From Podarcis liolepis (Eukaryota): DNA of 64,000 nt. Each line of letters opens with the position of its first letter. Positions within the stretch are counted from its first letter, which is position 1. A model generated the notes under the pieces. It was not told where the DNA came from, made no database searches, and saw only the letters and a program-made list of their open reading frames with translations. Below, in pieces: positions 38,459 to 50,431 of the stretch. The DNA lies in NCBI GenBank assembly GCA_965112155.1, contig OZ218098.1; one strand, given 5' to 3'. The position numbers were made by a program, and so were the translations under genes.

Positions 38459-39803
38459 GTGTGCTGCAAATTGCTACTGAAAGAGCCTCTAGTCTCAAAA
38501 GCTTTCTCTTTAGGAAATGGTCAGTTGCCACGGTGAAGCAAAGATGGAAAGGTGGAAATATGTGCTTGCATTTGAATTACAAGTTTCCCTCCCAGGCAAC
38601 ACAAAAAAATGCAATCCAAGCCCCCTTTGTGCTGGGCTGAGGCTGGAGGATTCCTTGGAGGTGTTCCTCTGCCAAGCCCTGCTGACCTCCTCCTGAAGAA
38701 GAACATCAAAGATCACCCAAACAGGTGGGTGGACAGAATTGTCACTGTCACAATCCTTGGTCGTGGCCTGGATCTTCTGTTGCCAGAGCTGGTCTCACTG
38801 GTGTCTGGGCCTGCCCCCAAATTCTGCCCCAGTCAGCGTGAACAGCAGGACTGTGGATGTGGTGGTGTCCCCCGCCACAGCACTCTGTTAGGCCTCACCA
38901 CTCCCTAGCCAGATTTGTATTGCAGCCTGTGTAATTATGCTTGATGTCAATAGCTGTGTGTAGTAGGAATGTTGGTTATTAGACCAGTACCAGATCTTGT
39001 AATCCAGAACAGCCATCCATAACAGAGTAGAGATGAAAACATGATAGGATTTGCCTAGAGTATTTCATAAAGAGGAGAGATAAAATTGGTTCTCTTAAGA
39101 GGTCAATCTTTTTCTGCTGTGAAGGATAGCTAGAATAAATCCTTTTGCATCACTAAAAAATAAAAAATAAAGAATAATAACCCACCCGCATATACTTTAG
39201 GCAACATCTAAAAAAGTAAAATAAACTTTAGTTTGCCAGTTGATAGTATCTATTATGTGGAATGGAATATTATTTAAAAGCTATAGACAGCAGCTGCCTG
39301 ATCAAATGAGAAATTAAAGTTTGCACCTTATTTTTTATCTATATAATTGAGATATTTTTGATATTAAAAAACACCTTGTTTGCATCTGTTTGTGAGAAAG
39401 TTGCTACAGGGAAAAATGTTTTACTTTTTTATCTTTATTCCTTCCTTCAACGAGAAGCATGCTTCATATTTAGTAAGTAGCGTATTTGAAAGATAAATTA
39501 CTCCCATTTGGGGGGAAAGAAAGTTAGCAGGAATCAAAAAGCCCCCTTTCTTCCTTTTACTGACATGCTATTCCTGCAGCTGTGATTCTAGCCAATTGGA
39601 AATGACATTATAAACATGAAGATGCCATGCCTGCCATCAATCAGATTTGGCTATATGGTAATTCCACAAAGCCAATTTGGAGTTTCCTGCCCATACTCTG
39701 AATGGATTTTGCAACAAAGCCACGTTACCATTCAGATTTGGCTACAAAACAGTGTAATGAAGCCAACTGATATGATACCCTGAACTAGACCTACAGGGCT
39801 GTA

Positions 39804-40031
39804 CAGTAGTACCCCGGGTTACAAACACTTTGGGTTACAGACTCCACTAACCTGAAAGTAGTACCTCGGGTTAAGAACTTTATCTCAGGATGAGAACAGA
39901 AATTGTGTGGCGGCAGCACAGCCGCAGAGGGAGGCCGCATTAGCCGCAAAGTGGTACCTCAGATTAAGAATGGTTTCAGGTTAAGAACGGACCTCCGGAA
40001 CGAATTAAGTTTGTAACCAGAGGTACTGCTG
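39804..40031. mobile_element. Tigger-like MITE, family A
   Basis: TA-CAGTAGTACCCCGGGTTACA...TGTAACCAGAGGTACTGCTG-TA. Confidence 0.88.
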
Positions 40032-40583
40032 TATTTGAGACTAATGTGAAAGAGTAAGGGGTTCTTTTCACCTTCCTTTCGCAGCATGGAAGATGGGGCA
40101 ATGTAGCTCCTTTCTTCCTCGTGAAGTTAGCATTAAAAGCCCAGGAGCACCTGGGAGCAGATCATTTCCCCTCCTCCCAAAAACTGGAACAGTGCAGGCA
40201 TAGGGAAATATAATGAGGATGCTTCCCACATGGCCCAGGGCCTTTCAGGTTACATTCACAACTGCTCCCACATGACAAAGACACTGTGAGAAGGGAACCT
40301 TTAAATATTAACCAGCCCTGCTGCAAGAGATTGTCACTGCTCAGACCGATTCTAGCTACTTGCCTGCTTCATCTTTGCTCTGCTGCTTTTACCTCGGTGT
40401 ATATGGACTGACATATAACTGAAAATTGTGCTGTTTGAAGTGAGCTGGTAATTTAGCAAGCAAACGAAGTTTCTGAAGAACAGTTCTGAATGTTGATCAG
40501 TCAAACGCACAGGTAATTAATAACTGCCTTCAGCATCTTAAGAAACAAGAGAGAAAAGCCCTGGAGCTTTAAATAAGTAAAAT

Positions 40584-40601
40584 CAGTGCCATCTGCTGGA
40601 C
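40584..40601 (-). promoter_or_regulatory. CTCF-binding motif candidate
   Basis: Minus strand GTCCAGCAGATGGCACTG matches the CTCF core CCASYAGRKGGCRS; located in unique sequence. Confidence 0.5.
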
Positions 40602-40863
40602 GAAGCCTAAACAGATTAGGCATAAACGAGACGGTTCTCATTCAGTTCATTTTGATTTGTTTAAAAGATTTCTAGTCTACCTTGTAAAATTAGAACAAAA
40701 AGCACCAATGTAAAAAATAGAATCATGCACACACAACCAACCAAACAACCAACCAACAGGACAGAGTCATAGTAGTGTAAACAAGCACCATAAAACTGCA
40801 GCTAAGAGGATAAGCATTCCATACAGTAAATGCATTATTATGATCATCATCCTATATTGGATA

Positions 40864-42588
40864 TAGAATCATAGAATCATAGAGTTGGAAGAGACCACAA
40901 GGGCCATCGAGTCCAACCCCCTGCCAAGCAGGAAACACCATCAGAGCACTCCTGACATATGGTTGTCAAGCCTCTGCTTAAAGACCTCCAAAGTAGGAGA
41001 CTCCACCACACTCCTTGGCAGCAAATTCCACTGTCGAACAGCTCCTACTGTCAGGAAGTTCTTCCTAATGTTTAGGTGGAATCTTCTTTCTTGTAGTTTG
41101 GATCCATTGCTCCATGTCTGCTTCTCTGGAGCAGCAGAAAACAACCTTTCTCCCTCCTCTATATGACATCCTTTTATATATTTGAAAATAGCTATCATAT
41201 CACCCCTTAACCTCCTCTTCTCCAGGCTAAACATGCCCAGTTCCCTTAGCCGTTCCTCATAAGGCATCGTTTCCAGACCTTTGACCATTTTGGTTGCCCT
41301 CCTCTGGACACGTTCTGGTTTGTCAGTGTCCTTCTTGAACTGTGGTGCCCAGAACTGGACACAGTACTCCAGGTGAGGTCTGACCAGAGCAGAATACAGT
41401 GGCACTATTACTTCCCTTGATCTAGATGCTATACTCCTATTGATGCAGCCCAGAATTGCATTGGCTTTTTTAGCTGCCACGTCACACTGTTGGCTCATGT
41501 CAAGTTTGTGGTCAACCAAGACTCCTAGATCCTTTTCACATGTACTGCTCTCAAGCCAGGTGTCACCCATCTTGTATTTGTGCCTCTCATTTTTTTTGCC
41601 CAAGTGCAATACTTTACATTTCTCCCTGTTAAAGTTTATCTTGTTTGTTTTGGCCCAGTTCTCTAATCTGTCAAGGTTGTTTTGAAGTGTGATCCCATCC
41701 TCTGGGGTGTTAGCCACCCCTCCCAGTTTGGTGTCATCTGCAAATTTGATCAGGATGACCTTGAGTCCATCACCCAAGTCATTGATAAAGATGTTGAATA
41801 AGACCGGGCCCAAGACAGAACCCTGTGGCACCCCACTAGTCACTCTTCTCCAGGATGAAGAGGAACCATTGATGAGCACCCTTTGGGTTCGGTCAGTCAG
41901 CCAGTTACAAATCCACTGAGTGGTAGCATAGTCAAGACCGCATTTTACCAGCTTCTTTACAAGAATATCATGGGGCACCTTGTCAAATGCCTTGCTGAAA
42001 TCAAGGTAGGCTACATCCACTGCGTTCCCTTCATCTACCAGGCTTGTAATTCTGTCAAAAAACAAGATCAGGTTAGTCTGACATGACTTATTTTTCAGAA
42101 ATCCATGCTGACTATTGGTGATCACAGCATTCCTTTCTAGGTGCTCACAGACTGTTTGCTTAATGATCTGCTCCAGAATCTTCCCTGGTATTGATGTCAG
42201 ACTGACTTGGCGATAATTATTTGGGTCCTCTCTTTTCCCCTTTTTGAAAATAGGGACAACATTTGTCCTCCTCCAGTCTGCCGGGACTTCGCCTGTTCTC
42301 CAGGAATTCTCAAAGATGACTGCCAGTGGTTCTGAGATCACATCTGCCAGTTCTTTTAATACTCTTGGATGCAGTTCGTCTGGCCCTGGAGACTTGAATA
42401 CATCTAAACTAGCCAAGTATTCTTGTACTATCTCCTTAGTTATTCTGGGCTGTGTTTCCTCTGCTGAATCATTTGCTCCAAATTCTTCAGGTCGGGCATT
42501 GTTTTCTTTATCGGAGAAGACTGAGGCAAAGAAGGCATTGAGGAGTTCAGCCCTTTCTGTGTCCCCTGTTTGCATTTCACCATCTTCA
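40864..42588 (-). mobile_element. 5'-truncated CR1 LINE with uninterrupted reverse-transcriptase portion of ORF2
   Basis: About 548 stop-free codons with CR1 motifs KSPGPDELHPRVLKE, YLDFSKAFDKV, GVPQGSVLGP, FADD, RPHLEYCVQFW; (ATTCTATG)n tail at 40864-40880. Endonuclease domain absent. Confidence 0.97.
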
Positions 42589-42909
42589 CTGTATCTTAAC
42601 AGCATCTATCGGACTCCTCCCTCCTTTTGCATTTATCTCCATCATCTATGGGATTTTTCATCATCATAATCTACATGAGCAGTGAGGGGTAAGGAGTGAG
42701 TCATGGTGTGGGTGGGACGGCAGGAGCATTGAATTGGCTCCATTGCCATGCCTATGCACCATGCTTCGCTCCTTGTGTCTTGTACCTCCCAGGAACTGGC
42801 AGTGATGTTCAGAAGGCAGGTGAGAAATGTTACCCCACCTGCACCTCAGCTGCCTAAATACTCACATTCAAACCATTTACGTCTGACCTACGCCCTGCTG
42901 CACTGATGC

Positions 42910-43332
42910 TACGGATGGGGAGAAATTAGATTTTGGTTGCATGTGAATGAGAAACTACCTAATCTGCACTACTTGAACCATTGTGCAAACTGGAACATAG
43001 CGATTTTCTAAAATTTGCACTTCTCGGAATTTTGCAATGTTGAAGTGCAACTAAACAATATGTATAAGAATGTAAATATATTGGGGAAAATGTGCATGAA
43101 ATAAATATATTAGTGAAAATAACATATAAGTACATTTAATGGTGTGAGTGCTTGCAAACTGCTTATATTAATCAAAATTCCATACAAAAATGTTTATACT
43201 AGGAGAAATTCACATGAAAATACTGATGAATCTTCATGGGGGGGGGAGTTGCTGCAAAACAAAATTACAAATTAAACTGAATTTAAAATTGGAAAAATGA
43301 GAAACTTGGAAAACAGAGTTTCTTCCAGCTTT
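42910..43332. mobile_element. Old AT-rich non-autonomous DNA-transposon-like repeat (related pieces near 6680-6960, 17600-17895, 36325-36425)
   Basis: Shared GGATGGG.GAGAAAT...ACCTAATT.CAC...TTGCACTTCTC motifs among dispersed copies. Confidence 0.5.
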
Positions 43333-46300
43333 AACTGAGGCTAGTGATATATAGGACTTGCCCAACACCAATGCATGAGGGCATCTTCTCCCCTTGGTAT
43401 AACTCTAGGACCCAGCTCCCTCCTCTGCTATGGTACAACTGTCGCTGCATTTCTGCACTAGTGCACCTTCCAAGCTAAGATGCACTGCATCCCATGGAAT
43501 ACTACCCCAGGAATGAATTATCCAATATCTACAAACAAGTATCTTCAGTCTCTAAATTCAATCTTACGTTGGAATTTGTATCAGTTGGACTTGGGGTAGG
43601 ATTCTCCAGCAGCCTATGTAACTGATACTCCTTTGGGCTGTGACATGCTCTGGGCTGGGTTTCATCAGTACCACTATCAGGGGATCAGTACCCCATTTCA
43701 ACAATTTCGCAAACTCATATTCTGCCTAGTGCCCAGTACCCCTTTTCCTCCTCTCCACTACTTTACAACACCCCCTACTGGGAACTTGGGTGCAATGCAC
43801 TTTGATAATCTTAAAATATTTTTTTTTAAAAAAAAAAATCTGCATTTTATTTTAGTTCATTTAGTTCATTTATTTGTAGTTAACTCTAATCTTAATCTTA
43901 ATCCTGTTGGATAGTATCCAATTTAATCATACTCAGAGTAGACCAATGAAACCAATTGACTTAAATTACACATGTCCATTGATATCAGTGGCTCTACTCT
44001 GAGTTGGATACAGCCCATTTCTTGGGTGTGAAATCTGCAACCATTTATTTAATTTTGAAAGAATTGTCAATTAAGGAATGCCGTTAAAATAATATCCTGG
44101 GAGAAACTGAAGAACAACTACAGAAAACTATATCTTTCTCAGCCTTCTCTATCAGGATTACCTGAGGTGAACCATTTCACCCCCTTTTCAAAAGTCCAAC
44201 ACCATCTTTCTTTTCAGCCCTGGTCTTAAACTGAACCCTTCATCACAGTTCCATCTCCGTTACCCTTGGAGCAGCTGCCTCTTCCTTGCCTTTAAAGAAG
44301 GAAGACAGGAGAATAATAGCCCATCTTCCCATTAGCTGGTGCTTTCAGCAAAGAGCAGTGCAAGCTGAAGCCGAATCCTAAATTAGAATTAAAGGCACTT
44401 TATAATTAAGAAGATGTTGTAAATCAAATCAACCAGGGGGTAGCTCAATTTTTTAATTACACAAAAATATTGCATGGAGGCATGCCTCTCAGTTATTTAT
44501 CACTCCAGCCTCCTGGAATGGTGTCAATTTATTTTTTAATAAATCCTGCCCTAGACTTCCTATAATTTTTTTATCAGCATAAGGGAGGGCTGCTTCTAAA
44601 TTGATGCCACAATCTCCTCTTTGGCCATGAAGCTGAAAGTCTCATCTATATTTATAGCTGCTTCTTGAGCATCGTGTTCCTAGCCATGGGTGAATTTCGC
44701 CTGTAGCTGCTATTTCCATTTGTTATATATAATATTCTCCCTCCAATCCATGCACATATTAGATACACACACACATAAATGGGATTCCTAATGGATACTT
44801 CACATTGCTCTCAGGCAATAAAGCAAATTTTATTATGGGGAAAGTACCATGGAATGTTTTATGGTCCAGTTTCATAAAGGTCTTCTTATGTAATTCCTTG
44901 CGCCAGAGTCTTAGCCCACAACCTCAGCTGCTGCTCCCACAGGGAAGAAAAATCATGAATAGGTTTTTAATAAATGACAGGTGAGAAGAGGGAAGATCTT
45001 CCCCAGGTCCCTCTTCTCTCTCTGCCCTCTTTCATCTCATCATAGCTTCATCTTCACTCTCACAACAGAAAGACCACAAATGCAGCACAATCAGAGATTT
45101 CTGGTGCTGTTGCTTGGGGACAGTACACAGGAGGGTGGGTTGGTCCGATCACAATCGCTTCAGGCCCTTAACATTTCTGTCACCAACTAGATAAAAGGAC
45201 TGAACTGAGGCACACTGAGAACACTTGAAATATAATCACTATTGTCACGGGCTCAATCTCCCATTGTGAAAAATAAAATAAAAATTAACATTAGCTTGTC
45301 ATTTAACTAACATCAGGAGAATACCATCTTGTGACAAGCCACAATTCCTGTCGACATTTCCCTAAATGATCCCAAATGTTCATTCAAGTTAATTTCCATT
45401 AAGAGATTAAAGTAAATAGCCTTTGAATCTATTTAAAAATATTTATGAAGGTGTCTTTTTTCAAAAACATTGTTCAGCTTTTGACTACATTTGTATTTTT
45501 TTTTTGTTCCTTCCGAATTTCCCTAGGTGAAAAAGTTAGCAAAGGGAAAATGTAAACAAATATGTAAGTAGCACTAAGGAAATGTTCCATCAGCATAAGC
45601 ATTTCTGCTTGCCCGATGGAACAATCTCCCCTCTCCTCCTCCACATGCTGTTTTGAGGGTTCTCCCAGCCCTCCAGGTTAGATTTAGGGAGAGTGTAGGA
45701 GGCATGAAGGGAGAAGAAGAGAAAAAAGTTAATTTGTGCAAGGAGGAATCATTATGTTGCTACTGCTAATGCAACAAGCTGGTTGAATGCAGTCCATAGG
45801 TCTTTCCTACCTGGGCATTGCCTTCTCTTCTGACTGAGCAGTAGTAATATTTGTGAACATTGTATATCACCACACTAGTTCAGCCTAACAGTGCCATTGC
45901 AACACAAAATATGCAGTAATGTAGTGTGGCAAACTTGGCAGCATTCACAATAAAGCTTGCTGTAATCAGCTATCATTGCGAGAAGAAGGCAGTTTCTTTC
46001 CTGCCAGTGCTTCTCGATTGAAGGGTGATGATTCACTGGTGTCTCTGGCAATGGAGAGTACACAGGGCATGCTTTGTTGCTTTAGAGAACCGGGCACCTA
46101 TTTGCCCCAAACAAATTCTCCACCCACAGACTGCTTGCAAGCCATCCACCATCCACCACAATCCTTATGCATTTGGTGTGAGAACAGAAGTTTGTGTTAA
46201 GTACATTGATGTTGGGCACTGTAGATCTCATGTCACCATCTATTTATGGGAAAAAAAATTATATCCCACCCTCAGGATATTACATCTCACCCACAGGGTA

Positions 46301-46679
46301 TTGCCAGGGAGGCTAACAAATACACATTTATACACCTTGAAATAGACAGAAGAGAAAATACCTAAAACACAAAATAAGAAAGCAACCCAAACCCATGGCA
46401 GAGTAAAATCAAAAGAAGAAAAAAAAAAGAATTGTTTCCAGCACTCCACTCAGAATTCCACTCATGCAATGGGACTTCCCTTTTCGCTGCTCTTTCTGTA
46501 CACCCTCAAAATCTGCTGTGGATGCTCCCACAATCCTCTGGAACAGATTTTGAGGGTGTGTGAGGGGATCACAGGGGACAGAAAAGGAGGAGAAAGTTCC
46601 GCTATGCAAGCCAAAATCTTCCATGTTAGTGGAAGGGGCAGTGTTGGAATAACCTCTAAGGAGGCCTTTAACCCTTTGC

Positions 46680-47199
46680 ATGACAAACCTAGACAGCATC
46701 TTAAAAAGCAGAGACATCACCTTGCCAGCAAAGGTCCATATAGTTAAAGCTATGGTTTTCCCAGTAGTGATGTATGGAAGTGAGAGCTGGACCATAAAGA
46801 AGGCTGTTCGCCGAAGAATTGATGCTTTTGAATTATGGTGCTGGAGGAGACTCTTGAGAGTCCCATGGACTGCAAGAAGATCAAACCTATCCATTCTTAA
46901 GGAAATCAGCCCTGAGTGCTCACTGGAAGGACAAATCGTGAAGCTGAGGCTCCAATACTTTGGCCACCTCGTGAGAAGAGAAGACTCCCTGGAAAAGACC
47001 CTGATGTTGGGAAAGATGGAGGACACAAGGAGAAGGGGACGACAGAGGACAAGATGGTTGGACAGTGCTCTCGAAGCCACCAGCATGAGTTTGACCAAAC
47101 TGTGGGAGACAGTGGAAGACAGGAGTGCCTGGCGTGCTCTAGTCCATGGGGTCATGAAGAGTCGGACACGACTGAACGACTAAACAACAACAACCACAA
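46680..47199 (+). mobile_element. 5'-truncated RTE-BovB LINE
   Basis: Stop-free 167-aa ORF end (MTNLDSILKSRDITLP...YGSESWTIKKA...RIDAFELWCWRRLLRVPWTARRSN...HGVMKSRTRLND) and CAA-repeat tail. Confidence 0.95.
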
Positions 47200-48326
47200 C
47201 ATCCATACTGTGCTATTTGTAAAACAAAAACCCCATTTCATGACTAACGTGATGTACAGTTTGGCATTCAGGGGTGCTCAGGAAACAGAAATGATCTAAG
47301 TACTCCATGTCTGAGATTCTCATGTGTCAAACGAAAATAGATGTTCTCCCTCCACACACTGCACTAGCTGCTGTGTGGAAAGAGAATTGCCTCCAAGATT
47401 GCAGGGCACACAGACATTATGATAATGGAGAGACAGCTTAAGTACCGCAGGAAGCTAATCGACACTTTCACTTATTTTCTATTATGGCAAAGCCCTCCTG
47501 TTCTGAATGGCAATAAGAGAGGAGATTTATGGCAGATTAACTTCGATTAAGGACAGATTAGCTTAGGTAAATTGTCTAAATACTTAAATCTTCACTGGTC
47601 GTCTCTTTGTAAATTTTTATATGTCCTTATTTGCAAACGTCTTCCCTTCCCTTCTTCTTTCCTCTGTCTTCCCATTGGATTTATTTCTTTGCTAAGATTT
47701 CAAAGAGAAATCACCCTAAGGTATTGCTATAACAATTTTTTAAAATTTATTTTAAAATTGCTTGACTAAATTGTATAACATTTATTTATGGCCCTTGTTT
47801 TCAAATACTCCTGTATAGCCATAAATGAGTACAAATGAAGCATGACAAGCAATTTGCTGCCTGGTAGCTGATATTAATGATGTGACATGTTGCACCTGGG
47901 TGTGTGTCTTCATGTTTTTCTATGTGAGGGAAAGTGGCTCCTATCAATTATGCTGCTTTTAATCAGTTTGTTTCTTAAAAGTGACTTGAAGCCTGTAAGG
48001 AGACATGAGACACCAGCAGTCAGGCCTGTGTGTTCAGTTTAACAACAAAAAGACATATGAATAGCCTGCTGGATCAGGCCAGTGGCCCATCTAATCCAGC
48101 GTCCTGTTCTCACAGTGGCCAACCTGATGCCTGTGGGAAACTCACAAGCAGGGATCAAAGACAAGAACCCTCTTCCCTCCTGTTCTTTTCAGCAGCTGGT
48201 ATTCAGAAGCATTTCTACCTCCAACTGTGGTGTCAGAGCATAGTCATCATGGCTACTAGTCATCAATAACCTTCTCATCTATGAATTTGTCTAATCCTCT
48301 TTTAAAGCCATCTAGTGTCAGGAGCA

Positions 48327-48680
48327 GGACGTGGGTGGCGCTGTGGGTTAAACCACAGAGCCTAGGACTTGCGGATCATAAGGTCAGCGGTTCGAATCCC
48401 CATGGCGGGGTGAGCTCCCGTTGCTCGGTCCCAACTCCTGCCAACCTAGCAGTTCGAAAGCACCTCAAAGTGCAAGTAGATAAATAGGTACCACTCCGGC
48501 GGGAAGGTAAACGGCGTTTCCATGCGCTGCTCTGGTTCGCCAGAAGCAGCTTAGTCATGCTGGCCACATGACCCGGAAGCTGTACGCCAGTTCCCTCGGC
48601 CAATAAAGCTAGATGAGTGCCGCAACCCCAGAGTCGGTCACGACTGGACCTAATGGTCAGGGGTTCCTTTACCTTTACCT
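48327..48680 (+). mobile_element. Full-length Sauria SINE (Squam1)
   Basis: GGACGTGGGTGGCGCTGTGGGTTAAACC head, B-box GGTTCGAATCC, ACCTTT tail, CpG-rich; 14-16-bp TSD TAGTGTCAGGAGCA(GG) at 48313 and 48681. Confidence 0.95.
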
Positions 48681-49097
48681 TAGTGTCAGGAGCAGGGGAG
48701 CAATAAATCACATGGCGTCAGCAAAGTTAACTCTTTATTCAAGTTTGGCTCAGGAGGCCAGGCCTAGTGAGCACAGCAACTCTTCCCAGTAGATCTTGCC
48801 CACGAGGCAGTTGTGGGGACTGAAGGTTCCCACTTTCCACAGTTGCCTAAGCCTCTTCCTCCCCCAAGTTCTTCCCAAGCAACCTGAGTCTCCATTGCCA
48901 TGCCTGTCTTTGCTCCTCCCTCTTCATACATTTTTTGGTTCTGGGAAACCAGGGAGAAGGGAAGCTGGTCACAGCTGGTGAGGGAGACACCTTGGCTTCT
49001 GCATCAGCCTGACTCAGCTCTGCCTCTTGCCTCCCCGCCCACAACTACTCTCCAGCCTCCACTTCTGCCTCCGATTCTGGACTCCTCTCTCCAACAG

Positions 49098-49482
49098 CAT
49101 ACCCCACAATATTTCTCCAATGAAAATAGGAACGTCCTATTCCATAACAATAATTTTACTATTTATACCCCACACATCTTATTGGGTTTCCCCGGCCACT
49201 CTGGGCAGCTTCCAACACATATATAAACATAATAAAACATTAAACATTTTTTTAAAAAAACACCACTTGCCTATTCAGGGTTGCCTTCAGACGGCTCAGG
49301 GGTTGGATAACGGCATACCCTCCAGTGAAAATAAGGGCATCCTACCATCCCTTCCCACATTTCTCCAATGAAAATAGGGGTGTCCTACAGAAAAGCGGGA
49401 CTTTCCAGGATCAAATCAGAAACTGGGATGGCTTATCTAAATAAGGGATGTCCCTGGAAAATAGGGACACTTGGAGGGTGTG
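49098..49482. mobile_element. Composite non-autonomous TIR element containing an L2 3' fragment
   Basis: Ends CATACCCCACAA / TTGGAGGGTGTG; internal repeats of ATTTCTCCAATGAAAATAGG; L2-type segment at about 49150-49310. Confidence 0.6.
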
Positions 49483-49749
49483 CAATGGACTCTTTCTGTT
49501 CACTAAACCCTGTTACCTCTTCAGTTTCTGACACCTCCTCCTCCCAGTCTGCTCTCTCTTCTCCCTCTGACCACTCATTGTCATCCCTCCACCAATCCCC
49601 TGGCTCTGAGCCTTCTTCCCTTGGGATTTCCCTTGGGGGTTCCCCAGCTGGTACCTCCCACCACTCCTCTGCATCCAGCCACTCCATGACATCTAGGTTG
49701 CTGCCCCCTGTGGGAGCAAGTTCCATAGTTTAACTATGTGCTGTGTGAT

Positions 49750-50285
49750 TCATCACTTGGGAAGACAGGTGAACTAATATTAGGGTACTGGATGAAACAA
49801 AGATCACCAGTGCTGAAGCAATGATTCTTCAACATCAACTTCATTGGACTGGTCATGTTGTGAGGATGCCTGATTATTGCCTTCCAAAGCAACTACTCTA
49901 TTCCGAACTTAAAAATGGAAAGTGTCATGCTGGTGGTCAACAAAAGAGGTTTAAAGACGGTCTAAAATCTTGAAAAATGTAGTATAAACACCGACAACTG
50001 GGAAACACTGGCCTGCTTGTGCTCCCGTTGGAGAACAGCCTTTACCAAAGGTGTCGTGGACTTTGAAGACACTCAAACTCAGGACACAAGGGAGAAACGT
50101 GCCAAGAGGAAGGCATGCTTGGCAAATCCACACCGTGATCAACTCCCACCCAGGAACCAATGTCCCCACTGTGGAAGGATGTATGGGTCCAGAATTGGCT
50201 TCCACAGTCACTTACAGACTCATTGTTAAAACCATGTTTATGGAAGACAATCTTACTTGGCTATGAGTGATCGCCAAAGAAGAAG
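49750..50285 (+). mobile_element. 5'-truncated RTE-clade LINE, same family as 38047-38458
   Basis: ITWEDR..N...QLHWTGHVVRMPDYCLPKQLLYSELKNGK...CPHCGRMYGSRIGFHSHLQTHC; (GAA)n tail. Confidence 0.9.
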
Positions 50286-50384
50286 ACGACACAGTCAAGA
50301 GAGAGGACAAAGGAAGACACAATCATGATGTGGTCAATGCCATGTGTTCATCAGTAATGTTCCCCTGCCCAGAAGAATATATCT

Positions 50385-50385
50385 T

Positions 50386-50428
<43 letters not shown>

Positions 50429-50431
50429 TTT
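50385..50431. repeat. (TTTA)n microsatellite
   Basis: Direct reading. Confidence 0.9.

Larger units (their letters stand above)
48316..49691 (-). mobile_element. Solo LTR (Gypsy-like), interrupted by later insertions
   Basis: TGTCA...TGACA termini, perfect 5-bp TSD TCTAG; CTTGAATAAAGAGTTAACTTT and the 5' portion are shared with the LTR at 59285-59864. Confidence 0.85.
48045..49748 (-). mobile_element. Old CR1/L3 3' region, split by an LTR insertion (pieces 48045-48315 and 49692-49748)
   Basis: GCCTGCTGGATCAGGCCAGTGGCCCATCTAATCCAGC...TTTAAAGCCATCTAG resumes as TCTAGGTTG...GTTCCATAGTTTAACTATG after the LTR. Confidence 0.7.

Noticed and set aside
46409-47155. 248-aa minus-strand ORF
   Set aside because: Antisense shadow of the BovB ORF plus flank.
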